Source: Octopus vulgaris (Eukaryota). From it: a stretch of 64,000 nt of DNA. Position numbers and translations under genes: made by a program. The number at the start of each line of letters is the position of its first letter. Positions within the stretch are counted from its first letter, which is position 1. The stretch covers positions 51,336,001 to 51,400,000 of the forward strand of contig OX597814.1 in assembly GCA_951406725.2 (NCBI GenBank). Direction: 5' to 3'. The notes under the pieces were generated by a model, which was given only the letters and a program-made list of their open reading frames with translations, ran no database searches and had not been told where the DNA came from. Positions 38,475 through 51,828 of the stretch are shown here, piece after piece.

Positions 38475-39338
38475 CAAGGTTGTATCAAAAGGTTCCTGGA
38501 CAGTTATGTTTAATAATAAATAACTTATTTACCTAAGTTTTAACATCATCTCCTTTGAAATAGTCATCTTACACAGCAACATACCAATCCCAGAGTTTCT
38601 CCCACTTTTTGAATCTGGCCTGGAAGTCGTTTTCCGTAAGTGAGTTGAGAACCTTCTGCAATTCGCTCTGAATCTTGACAACTGTGTTAAAACAGTGGTC
38701 TCTGAGCTTCTTTTTCATCTTGGGGATGAGATGGAAATCTACAGGTGGTAAATCTGGCAAATAGGGTGGGTGCAGAGACAATACCACGTTTTTGATGAGA
38801 AACTCATGAGTGAAGAAATCCAATTCTTCATGCTACACAGATCCAGTCATTTTTGCCAAATGTCCTCCCTCAAACACTTCAAAACATCACAGCAGAACTC
38901 TGAATTGATGGCCTGGCCCTCATTGATGCACGATACCACATTACTGGGGGTGACACACATGGCAGGCCTTCCAGCTTGCTCATCATCTTCCAGGGATGTT
39001 CTTCCACTTTTGAAGTTCCTGTGCCTCTCGAAACATTGCATATGACCCATTGCCTCACTGCTGTAAGCTTGCCAAAACATTCTCCATGTCTCTGTAGCAG
39101 ACTTCCCAAGTTTATCACAAAATTTCATGTTGGCTCTTTGTTCATGACAAAATCACAGACTACAGTATACACATGACCACAAAAACACAAATGTTACAAC
39201 TTGCAAAGTAAACACAGCAATGTCACTCAGCACACTGCCTCATGAAGTCATTGCTAGCTCTAACTGTGCATGCGGCTGTGTGCTATCATCTGTTGGTGTG
39301 CTACAGAACTAGTTCAGAAACTTTTTGATACCACCTCA
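38475..39338 (-). mobile_element. Internally deleted mariner element
   Basis: TA-flanked ~30-bp TIRs (caaggttgtatcaaaaggttcc / gaaactttttgataccacctca). Peptides MKFCDKLGKSATET and HPPYLPDLPPVDFHL. Confidence 0.9.
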
Positions 39339-39408
39339 TATAGACAAGACAAGAACTAATTCAAACAATGCAAGTCTACAAAAGCAAATGATGACAAATC
39401 ATACAAAC

Positions 39409-39531
39409 ATGTTTGTCTTTGGAGATTCATTTATATCATCAATGTCTTCCTTTAATCCTTCTTTATTAGTTCCAGGTTGTTGACTTGTCAAAATCTTTTG
39501 GAAACTTAATTTTCTGCTCTCGGCTTTAGAC
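39409..39531 (-). CDS. ANKUB1-like gene, internal exon (duplicated unit, phase 2-2)
   Basis: ttcacag|...|gtttgt; 123 nt; SKAESRKLSFQKILTSQQPGTNKEGLKEDIDDINESPKTN. Confidence 0.75.
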
Positions 39532-40207
39532 CTGTGAAGGAAAACAATAAATATATGTTATAAAGCAATGATATTCAAACATCTTTGGCACACTACTCAT
39601 TTGGTTTCATACAGCATATTTCATTTCCAGTGACACTTAGAAGAGTTGAGTCACATAGAACAGTATAAAATATCAACAAATGTAATTTGAAATCACTTTT
39701 AATGTTCTTAAGCAACATTAATAATTCTGAATATAAAGAAAGCTTGATTTAGAATCCAAGGTTTTGAAAGGTATATCTAGAATAATACCTCAAGTATAAT
39801 TTCATTCGAAATAAGTTACTTTCAAACAGCTTCTATGGAAGTAAAACATAGATGAGAATTAAAGTAACACAGAAAATCAATACAGTTTGTAAGAAATAAG
39901 TTAACACATCAAAGTAACACTTCCTTTCATAAATTACATCAAATCAAATTATTGAGAGCTATGAATTTTGTATATTACATTCACAGCAATCTTCAGTGAA
40001 GGTTGTTTTGTTTTGTTTTGTTTTTTAAATATTTCTGTGTATGGAAGTTAATCATAACATTATCCCAGGTCCACATGAAATGTGGCTAATTATTTGATAC
40101 TGCATAAAAGAATTTGCTTAGGGTAAAGATAGCAGAATGAAGGCAATGATAAGAGCTGTTTCAATAAACGCAAGCATAGAAAATAGACGATGACAAATTA
40201 TACAAAC

Positions 40208-40277
40208 GTTTTTTTAGGTAGAGATTCTAGTGAGCTTTCGTTAGTTCTTTTTGAAACATCTGCTTCCTTTGATCTAC
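40208..40277 (-). CDS. ANKUB1-like gene, internal exon (phase 1-2)
   Basis: taaaag|...|gtttgt; 70 nt; RSKEADVSKRTNESSLESLPKK. It supplies the required phase 1-to-2 switch. Confidence 0.7.
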
Positions 40278-41110
40278 CTTTTAAATAATAAATGATGATT
40301 AAAATAATTGTCATTTTTAATAAAAATACATTATGAAATTACATTTATAAATAGATATATGCTTTTTAAGAATTAAACTATTTCAAAGGATTCCTTTCAG
40401 TTTCTACAATGTGACTCTATTGTGTTTACTATGGGAGGAAAACTATGTTGGATTGGTATCCCTATCTAGGAAGTGAATTGCTCCTCAATTGCATTAAGGC
40501 TGGAAAAGCTTGAATAAACACTAGCATCTCTCATATGGTGTAGAGAATATTGCTTACAAGCAAATAATAATATAATATATTAAATAACATTTAAAACTAG
40601 TTGATTTTTTTTCTTAAATCAAATATCATATCATCATTACTAATTGTCTTAGTGTTTACTTTTTCCTTCCGATGTAATATGAAATAAATTTTGCCATTTT
40701 ATTTTTTCCCTCAAAAAATTATCGTAGATACTTTCTGTAAGATATTTTACAACCAATTCTAAGTTTAGTCCAGTAAACCCAGATCTAGATAACAGATGCT
40801 TAAGAATTTATTATTTGTCACTGTTCATATCTATCTTCAGAAATAAACTTTGCTGGAATTAAGTACCATCTGCATTTATATGTCACATAATATAGAGGAT
40901 GTGTATCAGATGCAGACATTGTTCACAGGTATCTTCAATGAAAGACTTTGCTCAAATTATGCTCAGTCAGCTGTCTCACCAAAGTCCAAGTCTCATACCT
41001 TTATCATCTATACAACAGAAATTTGAGACTGTTACAAAGTATTAAATGATTTGTAAGAAATATATCAATGAATAACAAAATGCTCCTTAAAATGTTCCAA
41101 CTCAACTTAC

Positions 41111-41251
41111 CTTTTAAAGTTGTTTTCGATTGTGCATATTTCTGTTTTGAGTTTATTGAGCCCAATTGCTTTTCAGCTGCAGCTTTTGCAAATAAAATTG
41201 CAATGTTAATAGCTGTCCAGCCACTCTTATCCGTCTCTTGGATTTTTATCC
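41111..41251 (-). CDS. ANKUB1-like gene, ankyrin-repeat exon
   Basis: ttccag|...|gtaagt; 141 nt; IKIQETDKSGWTAINIAILFAKAAAEKQLG. Confidence 0.85.
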
Positions 41252-42238
41252 CTGGAATTAATGAAATTATATGTATTCATGAAATGGGAGTATCAATGTA
41301 AGAATTTTTACAGGAAAAACAAATTGTAATAGAGATAACTAATGAAATTGAAATGTAACTATATTTGATATGCTGAAGTTTAATTGAAGTGCGTTCTGAT
41401 TTTGAAATTTAATTGAAGTCTACCCAAATATGATTTAGAAGTGTAATTTAGTTGCTGCTACCACCACTACTGCTATCATTGTCATCATCCACATCATCAT
41501 CATCAGCAGCAGCAGCAGTAGAAGCAGTGGCATTTTCCACCTGCTTTTCTATGCTGGTATGGGCTGGGCATTTTTGTCTGAGGCAATGTTTTATGGCCTG
41601 ATGCCCCTCCTGTTGCTAACACTTTTAGCTACCTCTTACAACACACAGAGATGCAATGTACCATCATATATTTTAAAGTTTAAATAAAGTGATGACCTTG
41701 AAGTGTACAGATTTATTGATCTGTGAACAATCTTCTTAAAGATATGTTTACTTTGACCTTTTGTGTTACTTTATAAGAATCTTGTAAAACAGCATGAAGT
41801 ATTAATTCTTTAATTCTTTAAATTGTTTCATCTTTAAAGTTGTGGTCGTGCTGGGGCACCACCATTGGGCATTTAGAATAGATAAATAAAGGATTACATA
41901 ATAACAAGGTTGTTTCATAAAATGTAAGTTACTTATGGATCAACAGATATTTGCTGTTAACAGATATTACAAATGAGTAGTATGAGTGTATTTTGAAGAT
42001 CTTTGAATTTTAAAAAATGTGTATCAAAATTTTCCTTTATGCTTTGTGAAATAAGTTCTATCCATTCAACTTACTTTTCTCCCATGTCTAAAGCCTCGCT
42101 GTTTCCAAGCTAAGTGTTAGATATTATTTAAGCTGATTAATTCTAGTAAAAATGTGCTAACTTCAATACTGTCCTGAAAATTTGTATAGCCTGTCATCTT
42201 TTCTTTGTTTCAGTTTCATTTTGGCCAGTGAACAGATA

Positions 42239-43529
42239 CGAGGGGCGTTCAATAAGTAATGCCCCTGACCCACTTCCCATAGCAGTAGAGCAACGAAACT
42301 TGACACAGTTATTAGTCTTTTTCTACATAGGAACCACCCAGAGTTACGCATTTCTCCCATTGCTTGATGCAGCTCTGGAGACCGTTTTTGTAGAAGACCC
42401 CAGCTTGGTCCTCCAACCTGAACGTGACTTCAGAAATCAAGGCTGCATCATCTGGGAAACGCTTTCCTTTCAAAAACAACTTCATGACTGGGAAGAGGTG
42501 AAAATCAGAGGGTGCAAGGTCAGGAAAGTAGGGGGATGGGGAGGAGTTCATAGCCATACGCCTGTGCTTCTGATCTGGCGACAAGTGAGTTGTGGACCGG
42601 AGCGTTGTCCTGCAGGAGGAGGATGCCTTTGCTGATCTTGCCCCGCCTCTTGATTTTGATAGCTTCTCTTAATTTCCTCAAAAGTGAAGCATAATAGGCT
42701 CCTGTAATTGTGGTACCCTTTGCCAGGAAATCTGTCATCACTACTCCGTCCTGGTCCCAGAAGACTGTGAGCATGACCTTGCCAGCGGAGAGGGCACCCT
42801 TGCCTTCTTTGGAGGGGGTGAGTCATGGTGCTTCCACTGCATTGACTGGGCTTTGGTCTCTGGATCATCGTGATGGACCCAGGTTTCATCCTGTGTAATC
42901 AGTCTTTTGAAAAATTTTGACTTATCTTCTTGGCACATGTCCAAATTCACCCTCGAGCACTCGACGCGTTCTTGCTTCTGGAAAGGCGTGAGCAACTTGG
43001 GAATCCATCTGGCAGACACCTTTTGCATATGCAAATGGTCATGAATGATAGTTTCCACAGACCCGGAACTAATCTTGACCTCATGGGCTATTTGGCGAAT
43101 AATTATGCGTCGATCTTCCAAAATGGCAGCCTCAACTTGACGGACAGATGCCTCATCAATGGCAGAAGGGGTGACCAGATCTGAGAGCTGTTTCCACAGA
43201 GTTCCGACCATGTTTGAATTCACGATGCCAGCGTTTTACAAGGTCATATGATGGGGCATCATCACCATAAGTTACTTTCATTTCATCAAAAGTCTCCCGT
43301 GGTGTGCGTCCTTTCAAATACAAAAACCGGATCACTGCTCGACACTCAACAGGCTCCATTTCACACTTGACTCGGTTCAAACACCTGTAAATCAGAAACC
43401 ACAATTAATAATTCAGAGCTGTAATTTGCCACTTACTCTATAGAGATATAAATGATTGCACATGCAAAATTTCAGCTAGATCAAACAAATGCAAGTGGGT
43501 CAGAGGCATTACTTATTGAACGTCCCTCG
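42239..43529 (-). mobile_element. Full-length mariner (DD34D, irritans-like), frameshifted transposase
   Basis: TA TSDs; ~38-bp TIR cgaggggcgttcaataagtaatgcc; 1291 bp; WIPKLLT, DETW, QDNAPVH and PDLAPSDFHLF spread over several frames. Confidence 0.95.
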
Positions 43530-43749
43530 TATATATTTTTCCTACCCATTACTGTGACTCTGCCACAGTATAGCCATACAGCTTGGTTATTCATGGTGCA
43601 CTCTCTCATGCCACCCCACCACCTATATTGGAAATCTTTCTTATGGAAACCTTCTATACTGGAAACCTGTATAGAAAGCTCTCTTACACCACTCCCTCTT
43701 CCCTCTGGCCAACATCAGCTCACCAGCAGTGATAGTAAGATTCAGTGCA

Positions 43750-44080
43750 ATATAAAAAGCCAGCATTCTCCACTGGATGTGTAATAACAATGTGCAAATA
43801 CAACGGAGAGTAAATGATTTAAAACTGGATATAAAAGGCATCAGCTGTAGCGTACAAGAGAGAAGACTACACTGGTATGGTCATGTGATGCATATGAATG
43901 AGGACAGCTGTATAAAGAAGTGCTGATTGCGGAGGGAACCTGTAGCAGCAGTAGACCCAAGATAAAGTGGGACAAAGTAGTGAGAAAGGATCTTCAGGTG
44001 TTAAGTCTCACAGAGGGGACGACAAGTAACTAAGACTAATGGCAATTTGCTGTGCTTGAGAAAACATGTCAAGTTAAGTG
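43750..44080 (+). mobile_element. RTE RT C-terminal fragment
   Basis: QERRLHWYGHVMHM motif; a separate RTE 3' end lies at ~44690-44945. Confidence 0.75.
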
Positions 44081-45092
44081 AAATCATGGCCAACCACACA
44101 TACAGGTATATTCTTCACAGTCATGAACCCACCTCGTGCGCGCACACACACACACACATTACCCATCCTCTGTCATAATTCTCCTCTTTTCCCAACACCT
44201 ACTGCAGGCTCCACTTCTCCACTCTCCCCTATTGTGCCTTACTCAATGCAGGTCCCTCCGCTCTCTTTCATGTGCATATCCATACACTCTCTATCTGACT
44301 CTGCTCCCACATATCTATCTGACCTGCTCCCAACCACTCCAATTTCTCTCATTTGCTACAGTCATGTCTTCCCCTATCTCTAAACATATTCCCTCACATT
44401 CTTATGAAATATTTCAATCCTCTCTGCACTACCCATACTCACCCCCATCACTGTTCCCTGTGGGTAAGCCCAGTTACATCTTCAATGCCATCTATCTGTA
44501 TCTCTCTCTCTCACTCATTCTGACTATTTATTCATCTTTCTCTCTCTCTTCCCTCTTCTTTCACTTTCCTTGTCCTACCGCAGTTGCCAAGTATCTCCTC
44601 TATAGCAAGACAACTATCTCTGTCCTATTATACTCTAACCTCTTGCCTAGCACATAGCCACTTCCTTCAGTTCCACTGCCTCTCTCACCTAAGAGGTCTT
44701 CGTCTTGCTAGCTGCTTGGCACCAGCACTACATGGAAAGCTGGCACCACATAAAAAGCACCCCATACACTCTGTAAACCAGTTGACATTAGGAAGGACAT
44801 CCAGCTATAGAAACCATGCCAAAACAGACAACTGAGGTCTGGTGCAGCTCCTGTCAAACTGTCCAACCCATGCCAGCATGGAAAGCAAATGCTATATGCT
44901 AGATGACACTGTCACTGTTGCTGCTGCCAATGATGATGACGCCAACACCAACCCCACCACCACCACCACCACCACCATCTTCAGTGTGTTTTAACTGTGT
45001 TATTGATATATGGTAACCAGATATTGTATGGGAACCTAGCATCTGTAAAGTTTGTGGTGATTTAATTTGGCTACCTTTAAAAAAGACTACAT

Positions 45093-45292
45093 TATTCTTT
45101 TCTACTCTAGGCACAAGGCTCAAAACTTTTTTAGATCGACCCTGGTATGCAACTGGTACTTAATTTATCGACCCCCGAAAGGATGAAAGGCAAAGTCGAC
45201 CTCAATGGAATTTGAACTCAGAATGTAAAGACAGACAAATACTGCTAAGCATTTTACTCAGCATGCTAACATTTCTTCCAGCTCACCACCTT
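45093..45292 (-). mobile_element. Nin/Deu-domain tRNA SINE
   Basis: Minus strand gagttcaaattcc...gcctttcatcctttcgggggtcgataaattaagtaccag. Confidence 0.8.
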
Positions 45293-46136
45293 ACAAAGTC
45301 TACATTATTTAATGTACAGAGATCAGGTCTATGCTCAAAGAATAACTGGACTTCTTTCATAGCCTGTACATTGGCCTCAGAAACCTTGCAAAAAAGTCAT
45401 GAGTTTTCTCTTCCTCCTTTCAGTAAGTCATTAAAAAACTGTACTGTTCATGCATATATATAGGAGTTGTGTTTTAGGTTGTCATTGTTGATCAGCCATC
45501 AGGTCAGCCTTGATAGCACAGACATGATGAAAAGCAGTCCAGACATGACCAACCTTTTTTCTTTTTGTTTACTTAGAACTACCTTGTATAAAAAATGTAT
45601 TTCCTTTTTTAATATGATAGGGTGTAATTTGAAGGAATTTTGGTTGTTGCTATTTCTAGAAGATAAATTATCTCATAGAGGTTCCATCTTTTGCAGCTGA
45701 AGTAAACAAAATTTTCTTGCCTCAATTGGAAGTCTTTAAGAGCTGTTCAAAGAATCTGCACATAAGAGACGTGAGCTGTCTATGTTACATGTGGACAACA
45801 AGTAAAGAAGAGTGGTGATATCTGCATAACAATGAGTGTGGTTAGATGTGATATGAAAAACAGAAGGTTGTTAACATAACAAGAGTGTTGGAGAGACAAA
45901 GAACTTTAAAATACACCATAGACGAGAGAATGTAAACCAGAATAAGTCCTAACAAGACATACTGTAATGGAGTAATTTGATTGGAAACTTCCAATCCAAA
46001 AGATGAAAGATTGGAGCATAAAATAAACACTTTTCCCTCAACAGAATGTTAGTTTTTTACAGGTTACTTTCCCCAGGAAAGTTCTGATACTCAGTTCTTT
46101 GACTCCCATCTCTATAAACTGTGATATATATATATA

Positions 46137-46294
46137 GAGATGTTTTCGATCTATTTTGGATACTTTGCCATCAAATTTGAATTCTTTGCAAACAAATTTT
46201 ATTACAAAGAATTCAAATTTAATTGCAAAAAATTCACATTTGATGGCAAAGAATTCAAATTTGCTGGCAAAGAATCCAAACAAGATCGAAAACA

Positions 46295-46298
<4 letters not shown>
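46137..46298. mobile_element. MITE made only of the two termini of the 21-bp-array element
   Basis: agatgttttcgatct...ctttgccatcaaatttgaattc is inverted against gaattcaaatttgctggcaaag...agatcgaaaacatct; flanked by (TA)n. Confidence 0.8.
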
Positions 46299-46336
<38 letters not shown>

Positions 46337-46461
46337 CCCAGTAGTGGATTTCAATACAGTATCTGTTAAATGGATTTTCTACATAGAACACTTATTGCCC
46401 ATGAGAATCATACATAACAATATTTTTGTATCAGTGAAGCAGAGTATTGCTGTTTACTTAC

Positions 46462-46560
46462 CTTCATCAGTGAGCAGGTTTATAATTTCCTGACGTCCAT
46501 GAGATGCAGCAATGTGCAGTGCTGTTCGACCCCTTGGAGTTTTTCTTTTGACATTCACAC
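46462..46560 (-). CDS. ANKUB1-like gene, ankyrin-repeat exon
   Basis: tttacag|...|gtaagt; 99 nt (one 33-aa repeat); VNVKRKTPRGRTALHIAASHGRQEIINLLTDE. Confidence 0.92.
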
Positions 46561-48394
46561 CTGTAAAAGTTGATTTCTTATGATTATATACCCGGCCAAT
46601 TTTAGAAGAGAAATGTATATAGCAGACTGAATATTACTATTATATTATTAATGGTACTTAATTGTTGTTGTTTAACCTTACAATTGAGTTGATCAATGAT
46701 CAAAGGCTTTCCAGCTTCAACTATCCTTTTATTCAGAATTAGTGTATCTAGGACTACACTATCTAACGAGTCTTTTCAACTACTGCAGAATGTGAGGAAT
46801 GAGATTTGACAGCTATTACTAGCAGATCTTGTTGATGAATGGTTTGTGCTTCTTCTTGGGTAATAACCTTAATCCATTGTCCCTGTTGGCTCTTGGCTGT
46901 CTTTTGTGAAATCCACTCTGTTGCAGTAATTGAACCAAGTCTGTAGATAACCTATCAGTTGTAGCTTCTTCCTCTTTTGCTCTCACCAAACAAACAAAAA
47001 AATTAGATACCATTTCATGGTTTATGGGTTCAAAGGAATTTATTGTGTTATTTGACAGAACATCTATTCAGCATGCTTCACTTTATCTCAGAATGGTGAA
47101 TAAATAATAGGAGGTAACACAATGCCAGGAATTCCATAGTTTTTTGTTAGCATTCTAGTATCTAATTGGGCTGACTCAGGATAATGGGTAGAAGGGGTCA
47201 AAGCAATATTTGCCACAGAATTTCATCTTAGACAAATAATTTGATTTCTTCTGACTAGACACAGGCCAATTTTTGCAGGGAAAGAGTAAAGTTGATATGT
47301 TGAATATTGGTCCATTATTGTTAGTTACTGAAACAGGGGAAGGCAAAGATGACCCCAACAGAATTTAAACTAAGATTGTGATGAAGCTAAAATTGCAATG
47401 CATTGTCTTGAAAAACCATTTCCTGTGAGTTGCAGCCAGCTACTGAGTAACAAATTTAGAGCCTAGCCCCCAAGTCTTCAGCATAAAACCACAAATTTAT
47501 ATGGATATGAGATTATAAGAACATTCATAGTTTTCTTAGAAATGGTTGAATGAGTGAAGAGAATTGGCTTTAACCTTTTAGCATCCAGATAACTTTGTGA
47601 AATCTAATGCTTATTTATTCACATTGTTTTGAATTAATCCTGCATTGTCTTAAAGTGTCAAAATTTCAATGATGTGGTTGTATATTTTTTTAATGACATT
47701 ATAGGGGAGGTGTGGGAGGTTGGATCTGGTCAGTTTTAGCATAAAACACATAGAATATTAGGGCCAGTAATGACCAGTTTAAATGCTAAAGAGTTAAGAA
47801 GTAAGACTTAATCTCAAATATATATTTTTAGAAGTTCTTGCTCTATAGTGCTGACCAACTCATTGTTGTTGAAGATTTCAACAAGATATAGTGGTATTTT
47901 TATAAGTAATTTGAATATGATATTAGTAACTATATTTTTCTATAAAGCCTAGCACATCTTTTGCTCAGTGAGGATTTTCATATGTAATGAGAATCTTCCA
48001 TTGATAAATAATCTTCAGATAATCTTTATCTTGACTTCTATTAAATGATTCTTAATTATAAAAATTGAATGTCACTAATTTACTCTTTGAATAATTTTTT
48101 CTTGCATTAAATGAAACAATTTTTGTTTTCCTCTCAACTTTACCAGGATGAGCAAAATATTTTCCAGATATTTTATATAATAAATGAAATACATTATTGA
48201 TTAAAAAATCATCTCAGTAGTTTATATAGCACAAAGAATATCAGTAATAAATAGTCGAGCAATTTTAGAATGGAGCTTAACAATCTACATCATCTATCTG
48301 TCTCAGCTAACTGATTTTCTTTGATAATTAATGTAAAACTATTATTTGAATCAATCCACTTTTAAATTATGTCATTTTTATAAGGTCTTCTCTT

Positions 48395-48553
48395 CATTAT
48401 TTACATTATTTACACTCAACAGATATTTGTCCTCATCGGGTGACTTCCCCAAGACACCTGAAGAAGGCTGGAGAGTATATTAACCGAAACGTTACTGTTA
48501 ACACCAACAAGATGAGGACAAATATCCGTCAAATGTAAATAATGTAAATAATG
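48395..48553 (+). ncRNA. Degenerate hammerhead motif inside ~42-bp inverted repeats (Penelope-like end)
   Basis: acac-CTGAAGA-aggctg...taacc-GAAAC-GTT at 48454-48493, flanked by cattatttaca...gatatttgtcctcatc / gatgaggacaaatatc...tgtaaataatg. Confidence 0.55.
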
Positions 48554-49769
48554 TACATAATTCCTTATCTCTTAAATATAGAACTTCTCTTGTTTTCCTC
48601 TTTATATCATCTCTGGGACAGTCTCCATTCTGAATAGATTTTGGTAATTCTTGTGTTCTTCTACCTCAGTATTTTTATTGGAACATATATTCATGCTTAA
48701 TATTTCCTTCAGTGCATCTTTCAGTTGTGTATTTGTAATTTTATAAAGAGAGTAATGAAGGTTTACTAACTGAAAGGGTATGATCATGAATATAAGTAAA
48801 CAAAATGAGGTTCTCTGAAGTAACAGTACTTGATAGGGTGTGTAGCTTGAAAATCAGGGTATCTCTCCAGATTGACCCATCACTTTTCTGCTCTGGTACA
48901 ATAGAAATGTGATTAGAATGTCACAGAAAAAAATCTCAAGATAAATTCTTTAATCTGAGCTAACAGGCAAGGAAACCTAGTAATAGACCGAGAATGAGAT
49001 GGCTGAATAATATCCATAGTCTCAATTGGTCATGCTTAGAGATCTAGTCAGAAAGTCTAATGACAGATGCTTCTGATAGGACCTTATGGGGGAGGTGCCT
49101 GACGACTCTTCTCCCACAATCCTCCCAGGAATAGTGTGGGAGGAGAAAATGGATGGATAATGATTGAGTAAGAAGTTCTCGGCCTCAATTCAAAGAATAA
49201 AATACTTCTGTCTAACAATAATAACATCAAGAAATAGCAAAAGGAAACTAAAGAGAATTAAAGATTTCATGGTAGGTGAGCTCTATATGAAGATTATTAT
49301 ATTCATAGGAAATAGTAAAGATCACTAACTTCATAAAATTCATTCTTCCACTTGCAAGTAGCTTTTCTATTCATTCAATACAGTTGCAAAAAGAAAGTTG
49401 GATACTAAAATGAAACCCAGGAGTGTAAAAGGAACTTTAATTCTAATGACAAGGAGCTTAGTGGCACCATGACCACAGTGAAGATAATCCATCTAGGAAA
49501 GGAGATATTCTGGACTAGAACTGATATAAGGTGGAGAAGGGCCTTAATCTTGCAAGGCGAGAAGGCATGTATCCAGTGCTGCTATCAGTTGTTGATAAGA
49601 AAGGCAGCTAGTCATAAAATCTTTGCTTATATCATGAAACTGAAGATTACAATTTTTAACAGCAATTTTGTTAATAGAACTGATATCAGACACATTAGTA
49701 CTGTGCACAAAGGGATAGTGCCTGATGTGAAAGGTCTCTTGACCATTATCAAGTCATCTTTTCAGAACC

Positions 49770-51280
49770 TTCATTCCAAGCCTGCCATTGTTGATATTGG
49801 TAAAATGAAGGATAAAATGGGGGAGATGGTTAAGATGTTAGAAGAGAAATAGTTGGATGCATATTGTGTGCAAAAAGTGATATGGGAAAGGTACTTCAGC
49901 TAAACACACAAAGAAGCAAAAGCACTGGTTTCACTGATGATGTATGCATACTCAAAGCAGAGAAGTAGATAAATGTTAATTGAAATCATCAGAATGATTA
50001 AGTAAACTCAAAGAACTATTAGACAGTATGATAGCAACTGTTTTCTCTATTTGTACTTTACAAGTAAGATTGAGAGATGAGCAAAATTACTGAAACAACC
50101 ATGCAGGCTACCTTGAGAATTCATGACAATGATATTGTCGACATAGCTGCTGATTTTAATGATTATCTAGGATATACTGGTACATATGGAGGCAATAGTC
50201 ATATTACAAAAATCTTGGTCAAGGAAGGATCAATACTTCAAGAGTTCTGTGGTGCAAATGACCTAACAAAACAAACTTTGGTAAAGCAACCAGCCAGTGG
50301 GTTTAAGAGCCAGGTTAGCTTTATATTTACCAGATGACATGGGATGCTAACAAGCATCCCATTGAAGTTTTCAGTTTCTTCCCCCATTCTTGTTTTTATC
50401 TGCAAATATTCAAGTTGTGCCTTAACAACATCATCATCATCATCATCATCGTTTAACGTCCGTTTTCCATGCTAGCATAGGTTGGACGGTTCAACTGGGG
50501 TCTGGGAAGCCAGAAGGCTGCACCAGGCCCAGTCTGATCTGGCAGTGTTTCTACGGCTGGATGCCCTTCCTAACGCCAACCACTCCGTGAGTGTAGTGGT
50601 TGCTTTTTATGTGCCACATGCACAGGTGCCAGACGAGGCTGCACAAATTTGGGAAGGCATGAAAAGGTCATGGGCACTTCTTCTAACTAGAAGGAAAAGA
50701 GATTAATGGTTATCAAATTAAGGCTGAGGACCAAACACATTCAGAAACCTAGCCTAATAATAAGGAGTAGGAGGGTATACACAAAAAGCAAAATTTCCAA
50801 ACAGCTCCAATCGAAGATTATCTCAATAGCAAGGAGAATAGATTACAATATAGAGGTAAGTTGGGAATTTCTAAGTGACAAACAGTTTCAAGTTATTGAC
50901 TACTTCAGTGGAAAGAACAAGGCTGCAACTAAAAAGCAGGTAATGTGATGGATAGGATTACAAGAGTTAAGCAGCATTCCAAGAAATAATGGCAAAAAAT
51001 TGTGTAGCAAGGATACTAGTAAATCATGAGCCTTGATCATGGGAGATCGGTGGGGATAGAGAGAAATGAGTAAACATATCTGTTGAATGTGTAATGTTAG
51101 CTTTGAGTTACTCAGCCCAAATCAGTAACGGGTAACCAAAGAAAAGAAAACGTGGTAAGATGTGGTAAGGAAGCATCTCAGGATATTGAACCTCACAGAA
51201 GATGATGAAAGATTGAAACATTCATCAACATGTTGTGCGGCAGATGTATGTCTCACATATCCCATCATGGGAAAAACAGA
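49770..51280 (+). mobile_element. Highly decayed RTE remnants with a nested minus-strand RTE 3' end (50430-50640)
   Basis: AADFN and LQEFC endonuclease remnants; (ATC)n tail at ~50430. Confidence 0.55.
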
Positions 51281-51541
51281 TGTTAAAATGTTAATGGTGA
51301 TCATTATGAACTGAAAGAACCAGCAACTATTTAATAAGGATAGTAGGCACAATTCCTCACTCGATTTTTGGTTTTGATAAGATGTAAAAAAAAAAAAGTC
51401 TAAGGGAGTGAACTCTTGCTCAGCATGCAACCTCATACGCCAGCACTTTTTTCTCTATATTATCTTGATTTATCTATACTCCAAAATTTATTAATATGTA
51501 AGGTATAATGTTGAATATTCAAAATAGCATTCCATTCTTAC

Positions 51542-51716
51542 CTTGAGCAACCAGTTCTTTGCAAAGTGGCACCAAACCTCGATTAGCTCCAATACACAAA
51601 GCAACGAAAGCTCTGTAGGCAATCCAGTCTCTTCGAACATCTTCTCTCATAGCTAATATATATTGACTTTCTGGTGCTTCAAATTCAGTGTCTTGAGTTA
51701 CTCCTAATCTGAAAAC
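51542..51716 (-). CDS. ANKUB1-like gene, exon with first ankyrin-like repeat
   Basis: tgaaag|...|gtaaga; 175 nt; phase 0-1; VFRLGVTQDTEFEAP...RAFVALCIGANRGLVPLCKELVAQ. Confidence 0.88.
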
Positions 51717-51828
51717 CTTTCAACAAAGATACAAAGATTTAAATGGCAAGGAACAGAAAGCTGCAACATTTATATCTTCCTTTGAAATTAGAACTAAATA
51801 ATAAATGCAGCTTATCTCTATTATATAT

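Noticed and set aside
49469-49852. 127-aa plus-strand ORF
   Set aside because: Its end runs into the decayed RTE endonuclease start (GEMVKMLEEK); most likely a LINE 5' remnant rather than a gene.
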